Assembly (NCBI GenBank): GCA_010015585.1
Contig: ML975186.1
DNA: 64,000 nt
Strand: one strand, 5' to 3'
Source: Eremomyces bilateralis CBS 781.70
Lineage: Eukaryota
Shown here: in pieces, positions 10,452-21,338 of the stretch
Layout: every line of letters starts with the position of its first letter
How positions within the stretch are numbered: the stretch's first letter is position 1
Program-made: the position numbers and the translations under genes
The notes under the pieces: generated by a model
Database searches by the model: none
The model's input: only the letters and a program-made list of their open reading frames with translations
Told to the model about the DNA's origin: nothing

Positions 10452-13400
10452 CTATGCTGTAGCGGCTCCTTGGTCCCAGCCCGACTTCAAGACTTCTGCT
10501 GGCGGTCCGCTTGCTGCAACTTTACCTTTGTCCAGCACGATACAGAAATCGGCGTCTTTGACTGCCTCCACACGGTGGGCGATCGTCACTACCGTACTCT
10601 GCTTTAGCTCGTCCCTCAAAATCTGTTGGATGTCCATTGCGGTCTTCTTGTCGATCGATGCTGTAGCCTGCTTTAAGGTTAGAACATATTTTTTCCTAAC
10701 ACGATATGCGAATATACTTGCCTCGTCGAGAATCACTATAGGACTTCGCCTTAATGCTGCTCGCCCAAGTCCCACTAGTTGTCTTTGTCCTTGACTCAGA
10801 TTCTTTCCGCCCCCATCAATGTGAGAGCCCAGAGTGAACTCATTCCCCAGCACTTTTTGGAGCACCTCGGAGCACTCATCATCCGTATGATCCCCGAGCG
10901 GATCCAGATTCTGCCGCAGAGTTCCAGGGAACAGAACCGGATCCTGTGCCACGAAGCTGATACGCTGGCGTAGCGCATGGACGTCGACTTTGGAAACATC
11001 CATCGAGCCGATGCAGATACTACCGCCCGGTTCTGGCCGGACCGTGGCCAGAAGACTCAAAGCCAAAGTGCTCTTTCCAGAACCGGTCCGACCGACTACC
11101 GCAACCGTCGAGCCACCTGGTATGCGAAGTGAAATGTCTTCCAAGGAGGGCTCCAAGTTAGCCGCATACCTGACAGACACATTCTTGAAGATGATATCGT
11201 CAGCGTAGCTCGGCCAGGATGCGGGCGGTTTAATATCTCCTTCAGGCTCCTGTTCAATGCTCAGAAGCTCGATAACCCTCTCTACAGATACGAAATCCAT
11301 CTGCAGCTGGCCATAGCATTTACACAGTCCATGAGTGGACAGGACAAAGTTCGAGGCTGCAGTTAGAACGAAAGCAGTAAGGCCCGGAGACAATCTCTGA
11401 TATAGTGCGAGCAGCGTGAGCAAGAATGTGGCCAGCGCAGAGAGAGCATCAAAACGATACATCAACCAAGTTTGAAGGCTCCAGTAGAAGTGATCCATCT
11501 TCTGAAACTCATCAACAGTGGCTATGTTGCGTTGCTGGAAATGACTCTGCGCTCTGAAGGCACGGACGGTGGAAAGGCCCTCAAGCAACGTCCCGAAGTT
11601 GGACATCAATGGACTGAGGGACACCATCTCAAGCCGGCGGAGACTTTGCGACGTCGGGAGGAAGCGTAAAAAGACGTAGATGAAGGCGCCGGTCAGTACC
11701 AGGGCGAATGCAAGAAATACCGGGGTTGACGCCGCAATGACAGCAATAGCCGTCAGCCAGGCAAACATGTACCACACGAAGAGTTGCAGTTGATTGATAA
11801 CAGCTCCATCCAGAGTACCCATATCGGACGTCAATCGGTTCATTAGACGACCCACGGGAGTAACGTCGTAGAATCGAAACGTTGCGTTGCTGACACGGTG
11901 CATGATCCGATGGAAAAGAGTCTTCCCGGACACGTACATGGGAACAATCATGAGGGCCCCAGATATTCCGTATGCAATGACTTGAATGAGTGACAGGACC
12001 AAGAAACCAACGAGCCAGGGCATTATATTGTCGTCCGGAGAAGGAAATCGATCGAAGAATCGGTTTAGGCCATTGGATGTCGGACTAGCATCAGGATTTG
12101 AGACCGGACCTTCTTGAGCACTCTTCATTCCCGTAAGTTGAATCATTAGTGAAGGGGCGCCACGCTCGTAGGCTTCACCCCAAACCTTGAGATACCAGAA
12201 GCCGCCCAGTCGCATGATGCGGTAAAATGCGAAGGCAATAAAAATAACTGCCCACCATCGAAGCTTTCCAGCTTTAACATAGTCCCAGTAGACCGAGGCC
12301 ATCACTCCACCCGTTGCTCGGTGTTCATCTTCCATAAACTTATCCGGAACTGCGGCATCTTCTTGATCTTTCGAGTCGGAGTCCAACTCCACGGGTTCAT
12401 CAGTGGACGTAATCCGCTTTAACAACACCTCATTGCCTGCAAGCTCCTCGAGATCGAGGATAGTTGCATGGCCATCGGATATCTCCACAACTTGGGACGC
12501 GAAAGGATTGACCAGATCGACGCGATGTGTCACAAAGACGATAAGTCGGCCATTAGATAAAGGTCCTCGCAACAGTTTCTGGACAATCGTCTCGGCAGTA
12601 TTGTGGTCCAGTGCAGCAATGGGATCGTCCAGCAGCAGTATTCGTGCTTGGCTGTAGACTGCTCGAGCTAATGCGACTCGAGCCTTTTGTCCCCCAGATA
12701 GACCGACGCCATTCTCCCCAATGTTGGAAAGATCCCCAGACTTGAAACTTGCGAGGTCGGGAAGTAGGCAGCACGCTTCGAGAACTTGCTTATATCGACG
12801 CTCATCATATTCAGACGAGAAGAGAATATTTTCTCGGATGCTCATGCTCTGTAGCCAGGGTGTCTGGGCACAATATCCGACATCTTCTTCAGGGACCCAG
12901 GATTCTCCACTCCGATGGTCCAACTCGCCTAGAATGGCTTGAAGTAAAGCAGTCTTTCCTTGGCCAACCTTCCCGCACACGACCGTAACACCGACGGGAA
13001 ATGTAAGATTGATATGCTCTAGCACAGTTTTGTCGCGACCAGGCCATGAATACGAGGCATCATGGATCTCCAATGACAGGTCTTGAGGTCCAATCGCAGG
13101 CCCATGAGATTCTTTGTCGGGTTCGCTCATGAACTCTTCTATTCGACCAACTGCGATGTGCGCATTCAAAAGGACCGTCACCAGATCTGGAAGTTCCGCG
13201 AGACTGGTGCTCAACATATCGAAGAGGGCAAGGGCCGGAAAGGCGATCTCAATTCGCAGGGGACGGCCTTCAATCGCAGTATACGCGTAGAAAGCTGCCA
13301 CCGGGAAGAGATAGGTAGCCCCTAGGTTGATGGTTCGTATTGCCGAGGTGATCATGTAGGTCAACACACGCAAGTTGAGCTCTCGATGCCTGGCCTGTAG

Positions 13401-15244
13401 GATTTGTTGAAGCCATTTGCTTTGCCAGTCGTACCAACGAAGATGCCGGATGGCCTCGACGTACTGAGATACCACTTGTAGCTTCGTATCCGTCACGGAA
13501 CGACGTACTCGTTCCCAACGCAAGTTGAGTTTCACGAAGCCCCAGTTGACTAACTGGCTTAGAATGACGAACAATAGCCCCAATAAGCAAGCGGGGCCAA
13601 GGATCCGCCAAACGAGAACAACTGATAAGACCACATTCAATGGTTTTGTCAAGATTGAGGGGAACTCCCAGAATCGTTGGGCCACCTCATACACATCATT
13701 CCTCATGAGGTTCAGAATCTTGCCTGCTGAAGCTGGCAGATTGGACATATGTGTGTTCGGAAGCGCAGATATTCCTCCGACTGTCTCGCGTTGGCCTTTG
13801 CTCTTGTTATTCCCAAACGGCAAGAACTGCTTCACTTTCGACCAATATGATCTGGAGGGTTTACTCTCCAGGCCATTCTGCGGTCCATGTCCGTTCGCTC
13901 CATTCGCCTCGTTTTCAGTGTTTCTAGTTTCTTGCTCGTCTTTGTGTTCGCTAGGGAACGTGAAGGCCTTTCTTGTTAATGTCTTCTCATAAATCATTGT
14001 GATCATCTCCCCCCGGGAGCGTTCATAGCATCTACGACAAAACCAGAGAGAAAAGACACCCGATTGAGTCTTGACTAGACGCAATATGGCAACCATGATT
14101 GTATATACCATAGCTGCTCTACGAGAGGGGTTCTCGCGCGAAATAGATGCCAAAAATTGCTTGAATAAAACGATGGTCGAGAGTTCTTCAACTCGTCAGC
14201 AGCATATTCACAATGGCACTATCTGGACTTACCAATGACGGTTTCGAGTGTTCCGAGCACAGTGATTATGAACAAATCAGGAGCATTGGCCTGCAACAGC
14301 CTTCCAACAACTGTTCCTTTTAGCTCTCGGAAAAGTGAGTGTAGTCTCTCGTGCTGGAAGTCGAACGGCAAAGCCCAAACATCTTTTTCTTCCAACTGAC
14401 GCGTCGAGCCTCTCGCCATTAGAGGTCCCATCCACGATACCGACATCCATTGCCACACATTAATCCTCTCCTCTGGGCTCCGAAGACTTGATGATGGTGG
14501 TTGATGAGGAGAGCTTATGCTACTATAATCAAAGAACTTGCTTTTGGTAGGCATGCAAAGGACTGTCGCCAGGAGAACCAGGGACATGCTGGTCTGGAAC
14601 ACGAAAGCAGTTGTGTATGTAGCGCTTGCATTAGGAAAGGCCGTAGCAATCAACATTTCAGAGATGAGCAACAAGCAGTGCAATACGACCTGCGTTCCCG
14701 GAGCTGTCACCGGGCGGTCCACGGCGGATAGTAGTAAGGAGATGAGCTTGCCAGTTGTCAGCTATTTTCGGGTGTTCTGAATTCAAAGAAGGTGCTCATG
14801 ATCATACCCATGGTAGAGTCAACGCAACTTGGAGTGGAGATCGCAGGAATATAGCGAGAGTGGCAGCGGAAGATGCTCCTACGCTCGTTACAATAAGTAC
14901 GGCAACAGTCCAAATCGACCATCTCTTCTTTTCGGGGAACTCATTCTCAGGTGTGATAAAGTCCTCGCTCGCAAAATTGCGCAGCCATTGGGCTCTCCGT
15001 CTCCAGAGAGGCAGAGCGAGATATTTAAGTAGTAATAAGACAGCAATTAGGGTCGGAAGCCATGCAACGACAGCTACGCAGCCTTGAGAGACTCTCGCAT
15101 CCTCCGCGTCCTAAGGCTTGTCAGTACGATTCAAGCTCAAGCATTCCGGATGAGAGGGAACAGCTCCGTACTCACCCAAAGGCATTGGCAAGCCTTAAAG
15201 TCCACGAAGTCTTGCCATTTGGATCCATCAGTCCAATTGCCCAT
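10452..15244 (-). CDS. ABCC (MRP-type) full-length ABC transporter
   Basis: ATG 15244; three 5' GT-AG introns link to ORFs 14219..14722 and 10452..14153. NBD1: GKVGQGKT, LSGGQKARVALARA, LLLDD. NBD2: GRTGSGKS, LSQGQRQL, ILDE-ATASID (after removing a 54-nt GC-AG intron, 10721-10668), TIAHR. Confidence 0.95.
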
Positions 15245-15697
15245 CGCCAAATACAGCTACATATGCCCCGTTTATAGAACGTCTCGATTCTTCAGCGAGG
15301 ATGAAGCTTATGGATTTGCTCGATGGCTGCTCTGAAGTTTCACAATGTAATATCTCGTCGTGATTGGATACTAATACTATACACCGATAGTCCCCTCGAG
15401 GTCCCAGATATTCCTGTGGCGTTGTGGTGGGGGGAGTGGATGAGTGAGCAAGGGATTGCCCATTTGGGCCTTGTTGCCTCAGGCAGATACACTGGATTTC
15501 GTTTGTTCATTCGGTTTGTTCTGTTTAGGTTCTTGACAAGCCGGATTCTGGACTGCCGATTCCAAGGGGGCGAAGCTTCTGTCCGTTCGTATTGGCGTCC
15601 GGATTCGTGGCAAGTTCATCCCTATGTCGTCACGGACGTAGCGAGATCCTCTCAACTATCCAGAGTACCAAACCAGAATGCAGGACCACAGTTCAGG

Positions 15698-17100
15698 ATG
15701 CAGAAAACGTTGTTGCTGTGTTTTATCCATGGCTTCAAGGTATGATATTTGCCGGCTGTTGCTGAATGACGCTGAACGTGGAATAACAGGGCGACGACGA
15801 TACCTTTGCTGGCTTCCCAGCACACCTACGAGCCATCTTGAGCCATGCTCTCCCTCGTTTGAATATCCTCACCATCGTGTACCCCCGCTTCGAGACGCGA
15901 GGCGACCTGCGCGAGACCGTCGCTCGTTTCAAAGAATGGCTGCAGAATAAGGTCATCGACCTTGAGGTCGCAAATGGAACCCCCAGTCCGACCGTGGATC
16001 CCTCCGTCCATGTTCTCTTGGTTGGCCACAGCATGGGTGGAATAATCGGCGCCGAGACACTGCTCTCCATTTCGCGCGATCAACCCGTCTCGTCCCCTAC
16101 AAACCTCTCCTCCTCAAAATCATTCTCCTCTGATCCGTCCTCGTTCATGTTCCCGTATATCTCGGGTCTACTGGCGTTCGACACCCCTTATCTAGGCATC
16201 TCTCCCGGGGTGGTTGCGCACGGCGCCGAAAAGCACTGGACCGCCAGTCAGACTGCATACAACGCATATAACAGCTTCTCCTCCGCGTTCCGGGGCTCGA
16301 ATGCTTCCGCAGGCGGTGGCACAGCCGAACAGATATCGGCAGGAGCTTCAACCCAGAAAGCTGCAGAAGGTGCCAAACTGGTCCAGGCAGCCAGCGATGC
16401 CAATGCAGATGCGGCGCGCACCCCTGCATGGGCGCGATGGGGCAAGGTCGCGATGTTCGCAGGCGCAGCCGGAGCCGTTGCAGCCACGGGAGCGGCCGCG
16501 TATATGAATCGCGGTGCCTTGACGTCCGCGTACAGCGAGAGCTGGAGCTGGGTTAGCGGCCATCTCATCTTCGTGGGCTGCCTAACGAGAGGCGAAGAGC
16601 TGCGGCAGAGGATGGCGGCTGTGGAGCAGGAGGTGCAGACGCGAGGCGTAGGGTTCTCGAATTGCTATACGGTGCTGGGCCGTGGAGCGAAGAACGCAGA
16701 CGGTTGGTTTGCGGCTGGAGGAGGCGAGAGTGGAGATATGGCCAAGCTGGAAGATGGGACTGAACGAACATTCGTGGTGGTCCCGAAGGAAAATGGGAAG
16801 AGTGGCTGGCGGAAATTTTTCATCCCTTGTGTGAATGACGCCGCGTCCGCGGAGGTAGGGGCACATATGGCGATGTTCACACCCCTCACGAATCCGGGAT
16901 ACTACGAGATGACACAGAAGGCCAGGGAGCTGATCGTCGCGTGGACACTGAGCGAAAGGGGGAAGGAATGGTACGATGAGGCCGACATGCCTAACAACGG
17001 ACCGGAAAAGCTTGAAGAGGGCGAGATTATTTCTCCCGACGATACCGCGGTGGACGGTGACTATGAAATGGAGTTTGAAGACGTGAAGCGGACGGCATGA
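15698..17100 (+). CDS. Alpha/beta-hydrolase fold protein (DUF676/PGAP1-like putative serine hydrolase)
   Basis: Exon 1 MQKTLLLCFIHGFK, intron 15740-15789, exon 2 in frame with ORF 15838..17100. Nucleophile elbow LVGHSMGG and AFDTPYLG. Confidence 0.85.
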
Positions 17101-17320
17101 ATAACGGTCGCTGAAATAGCTATCAATTAGGTATAGGTGGTTTGTGCTCAATCGGTTCACGCTTTAACATAACTTTATGGGAAACAATCGGTTACTCGAG
17201 TCCATTCAATTATGATAATGTACACTACTATAAGATTCCGGTTGTAGGAAACCGTATTCGTCAACGTCATTATTGTCCTCCCGCGACTGCGTCCCGAAAA
17301 TTCCTTCGTCGATAAATCAT

Positions 17321-17593
17321 TTATCGCGTCTTCCATTGTCCAGCATCCTTTGTACCCTTTGCGATGTTCGCGCTTCCGTCTTGTACCCCATCGCCGACAT
17401 CCTTCAAGGCATCACCGACCGGCTTTCCAGCACTGCCAGTGGCGCCAGTGACCGTCTCGCCCAGTCCGCGCCCGACGGCGCCGACGACTCCACCGACGGT
17501 ATTGGTGAGGCCGCCCACCGTATTTCCTAGAGTCGAGGTGACGGCTTTGGCGCCTTGGGTAACGCCCGAGTCTTTGTTGTTGGAGACCGTCAT
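17321..17593 (-). CDS. Small 90-aa Gly/Thr/Val-rich protein with GNTVGG/NTVGG repeats, function unknown
   Basis: ATG-initiated ORF with repetitive small-residue pattern (TLGNTVGGLTNTVGGVVGAVGRGLGETV); TATATAAAAAG about 115 bp upstream on the same strand. Confidence 0.75.
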   Translation of the reverse strand: MTVSNNKDSGVTQGAKAVTSTLGNTVGGLTNTVGGVVGAVGRGLGETVTGATGSAGKPVGDALKDVGDGVQDGSANIAKGTKDAGQWKTR

Positions 17594-17703
17594 AGTGGTT
17601 GTGGAGGTTGAGTAATGGGGCTTTGGTTGATTTGGATGGAAAAGCAGCTGATTGGATAAATGGGGATTCGATGCTAGCAGTGAACCGTGATGCGAAAACC
17701 ACT

Positions 17704-17917
17704 CCCCTTTTATATACCGAGGCCGTATATCAGACCGGGTTAAACTCGACCTCGATGTGTGACGTCATTTCGCGACGTCAGTGAAGATTGGACCAGTAGG
17801 GAACTAGGGATGCTGCCCCTTGGCTTTCTCTTGTCTGACCACCACCGTGGCCCGAGATTAAAAGCAAATGATAGGTAACTGGGATATAGCTGGTACCGAT
17901 AAAGTCGGGGCAAGGGG
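17704..17917 (-). promoter_or_regulatory. Putative promoter: TATA box, CRE and STRE-like sites
   Basis: TATATAAAAAGGGG (minus, ~17704-17716); TGACGTCA 17760-17767; CGACGTCA 17773-17780; CCCCT/AGGGG at 17704, 17816 and 17913. Confidence 0.5.
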
Positions 17918-18245
17918 CTTGCGTAAACAACCATCGACAGGTTAGATGTGGATTGGAATGTGGAGGGTGCCATCATGGTCAGGGAAAACGCTAATAGAAA
18001 AATCGCCCTATCCCTTCAAACGACTGATATCCGATTCACTAAGATATGCTACGAGCGAACGTAGTATCATGTGGAAAAGTGGATATCATCAACCTTTACT
18101 CAAATGAGAAAAACAAGAATAAACTTTAGGAGACCCTTAAAATGCTAATGCTATCAGGTGTATTCAAACCCATGGGTCTAGGATATCCATACCCCCCCAA
18201 ACAATGCGATAGGTATCAAAGAGCCTGCCCAAACACGGGTGACGA

Positions 18246-20246
18246 TTAGACTGCACCGTATCCTGATCTTCTCTCGTCCCCTTCATCTGTCTGCCGTCCC
18301 TCATCCCTTTCTAATAGCCTCCTCCGCTCCTCTCCTTCCTGCTCCGCCATCATGCGCTGCTCCGCTTCCCACTCCGCGACCCGTACGCCAATTCCCTGCG
18401 AGGCCGGCGCAATTTCATCAGGATCGTCGACGCGAACAGAAACGCCGGATGTGCCGTATGGGCTGGATGATAATGGCGAGCCGTATCGGGGAGATGCAGT
18501 TACACTTCCCGGCAGAGATACACTAGGTATCCAGCCGCGCATCCATCCGCTGACTCGTCGCCAGTGCTTCGGTCCTGAGACACTGGGATCCAGCGCGGGA
18601 CTCAGAGATGGACCCAGCATTCCCTCGGTGCCCTCCGGACCTTTTAGTTTGCCGGACGGCACGGGGAGCGGTTTAGTGGCTGCACCGTCGAGTCCAGCAG
18701 CACGTTCTTGGGGTTTCTTCCTGACCAACCCACTTCGCTCGGCCCGAGCTTTGCCTTTCTTCATCACACTATCGGCATCAGAATCGAGGCTAACCCGATC
18801 GCTTTCACATTCCTCTTCTTCATTCTCGGCGATGATGACTACAGGGACGGGAATTTCCCCTTTGTGTCGGCCGCTTCGTGCAGTTTGGCGATGGGTTGAA
18901 TACCACCAAAATTGCAAACCCACAGCGCCGTCCATGACCAAGACGCCCGCGGCGCCGAGGAAGAAAGGAAGAGCGCGGGTGACCCAGTCGATTCGATTGG
19001 ATCCATCCTTTCCGACCCAACCAGGTGCGCTTGGGGCATCTTGGAACAAACCAAAGCCGGGGACAAACCGGTCCGATGATCCTGATGCTGGAGATGTTTG
19101 GGCGCTTTCGCCCCAGGGACCGAAGTCGTTCCAGGCGCAAGGGTTTGCCAGCATGGAGAGTGAGTAGAATAGGTTACCGCAAAATGCGGCGGCGAACAAG
19201 GAAAGAGAGAGTCCGGCAGTCGACCGTCGCCGGAAATTGTGTAGGAGTTGCGGGAGACGTGAGCCAAGGTAGAGGAATGTACTCATCCAAGAAACAACAG
19301 TTCCGATGATTTGAGTCGGAGATGACTGATCCCCGGTGGTAGATGGTCGAACAATATCGCCGGAGTCCCGTGTGGCGAGTGCGCGAATCGCATGATATGG
19401 GTATGGGGTAGCCGAACCATGCGTTACAAGTGACAGAATAAGGGCCGTATATAATACAGTACGAGGAGATAGCATGGGTGATGTGCCTGTGCCGTACCGT
19501 GCTATTTTGCGAGCGTTCGATTCAGGGGATGTGGAATCCTCGTCTGACGCAGATCTGAGAGGCGAAGTAGTATATTTCGGGGACCGGAAAATTCCGCCAG
19601 ATGTTGTACCATAATGATATTTCTGTCCATTCTGCGGTGGTGAGGTGTCTTTGGTACCGATACGCGATGTGCTTCCGGGTATCCTATCCTTTGAAAGAAG
19701 GCTAGATGTGACAGACTTCGGATCCTTGTTCCAATGGCGTCGATCAGTGGCAGATCCTGCTTCAACACCTAGATGTGAATTGGTAGGTGGATTCGTCCTA
19801 TTGCCTTTCCACCAGCCGCGCTTGACTCTCCGGCCTTTACCTAGGCCGGTGTACCAAACCCATTGCAGACATAGACAAACATCTACAAAGACATAGTAGG
19901 TGGCCAAAACAACCTGCCATGTCGCCTGTCCAGTAAATAGGCCCCCGATCAAGTTACTCAGGTCTCCAAGTAGCCACTCCGTTAAGAAGAAGAAAGATAA
20001 CCCAGCAGTACTTCGCAATTTCCAGTTCTTGTATATTTGTGGAAGTTGAGCGAACAGCCAGGAGCATATCGAAAGGATACCGAAGAGGGATGATAGGAAG
20101 GCAAGAGGCGTCGGCGTGCAAACGTGAAAGCTAGCGGAGAACCATTGTAAAAACGGTGTTGTGGGGTCGCAGTGTGAGGGAAGGGCGATGTGATGCTCGA
20201 GAACATGGAAGGATGGAGGACTGCTCCAGGCGATCGAACCCGTCAT
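18246..20246 (-). CDS. PQ-loop vacuolar/lysosomal amino-acid transporter (Ypq/PQLC2-like)
   Basis: Two PQ loops (WLFAQLPQIYKNWKLRSTAGLS and YLGSRLPQLLHNFRRRSTAGLS) with flanking hydrophobic segments; 666-aa single ORF. Confidence 0.9.
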   Translation of the reverse strand: MTGSIAWSSPPSFHVLEHHIALPSHCDPTTPFLQWFSASFHVCTPTPLAFLSSLFGILSICSWLFAQLPQIYKNWKLRSTAGLSFFFLTEWLLGDLSNLIGGLFTGQATWQVVLATYYVFVDVCLCLQWVWYTGLGKGRRVKRGWWKGNRTNPPTNSHLGVEAGSATDRRHWNKDPKSVTSSLLSKDRIPGSTSRIGTKDTSPPQNGQKYHYGTTSGGIFRSPKYTTSPLRSASDEDSTSPESNARKIARYGTGTSPMLSPRTVLYTALILSLVTHGSATPYPYHAIRALATRDSGDIVRPSTTGDQSSPTQIIGTVVSWMSTFLYLGSRLPQLLHNFRRRSTAGLSLSLFAAAFCGNLFYSLSMLANPCAWNDFGPWGESAQTSPASGSSDRFVPGFGLFQDAPSAPGWVGKDGSNRIDWVTRALPFFLGAAGVLVMDGAVGLQFWWYSTHRQTARSGRHKGEIPVPVVIIAENEEEECESDRVSLDSDADSVMKKGKARAERSGLVRKKPQERAAGLDGAATKPLPVPSGKLKGPEGTEGMLGPSLSPALDPSVSGPKHWRRVSGWMRGWIPSVSLPGSVTASPRYGSPLSSSPYGTSGVSVRVDDPDEIAPASQGIGVRVAEWEAEQRMMAEQEGEERRRLLERDEGRQTDEGDERRSGYGAV

Positions 20247-21338
20247 CGCCGAACGGAAGTGACCGCGAATCTAGGCGCGGGCGAATAAGGAATCTCGATA
20301 TATGCAATCGATCATCCTTCAAGGTATATGTGTGCAATTGTGCCAGCGCTCGCGTCGCCGAAGGTTTGCGTCGTGTCGAGAAGAGGGTCGGAGGGGTACG
20401 CGACGGGTAAGGTGGGTCGCTTCGAAGTGCAGCAAACCGAACTGCTGTGCAGATAGTCGAGATTAAAAGTATATCTGGAATAAGCCTTGAATTCGATTTC
20501 TAAGCTGTTAATCGTATATGAGGGGGAGGTTGTTCAGGGGCCTCTTTGAAAGGACGACGGAGGCGAGAGATAAGATGTACTAGAACGACCAAATGCAAGG
20601 ACAAAGTGCACAGGCGCTAAAAACAGGTCATGAAAGCTGCAAAAGCTTGACAGACGGATCGTGATAATGAAGTCCAGGAGAAACAGAGGAAATGTTGTCT
20701 ACTTGAAAGGTTAAGAGGGGTGATAACAGCCTCTCTCAATTCTAATAATGTAGGGAGTCGATGCTGCGGCTTGTTGCACAGATGCCGGACCACCTGACAG
20801 AGCCCATATGATACTCCGATATGAGTCCCGCACCTCCGCAGTGGCTTATCAGCACCCCGCCCTTAGTTCAAGTTCGAGATAGGCTGCCACAGTGGCACAG
20901 ACTCATCGTATCGCTATCGCTCTTCCGGGCGATGCAGGATCATCTTGAAGATGGCTTTGGAGGGCATTAATATTGAAAAGGACAGGAATCCGACCACATA
21001 CATAGTATGGTGATAAATAAGACAGAGTGATCCAGCTTGAAGAGTGATAAGGCAGGATGAGAGCGGCACGTGACAATGCGTGGACATGTCGCCATTGCAG
21101 CCTTAGGCACCAAGGCAGTTAATCACGAGCGTAGCGAGTTACTTAAGTGGTCGTGGTAGAATCAATCTCATCCAATCATTCTCGATATTCGCCTTCTGAT
21201 TGGCTGGACAGGGATTAGATTTGCTAAGCGAACTTAAATCACGTGAATGTAAATCACGTGATTGAATTCCTCCAATTGATCACTCTATTGTTGATGTGTG
21301 TGTGAATGAATCAATCACTCTATTATTACACCTCCGGC

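Noticed and set aside
7845..19896. Long antisense/alternate-frame ORFs over Irs4, ABC, hydrolase and PQ-loop genes (e.g. 18352..19167)
   Set aside because: Shadow ORFs expected opposite GC-rich coding sequence; no independent features.
20835..20885. A-box/B-box-like words (AGTGGCTTATC..GTTCAAGTTC) suggesting a tRNA
   Set aside because: No cloverleaf or acceptor stem can be formed; I found no tRNA or rRNA gene in the window.
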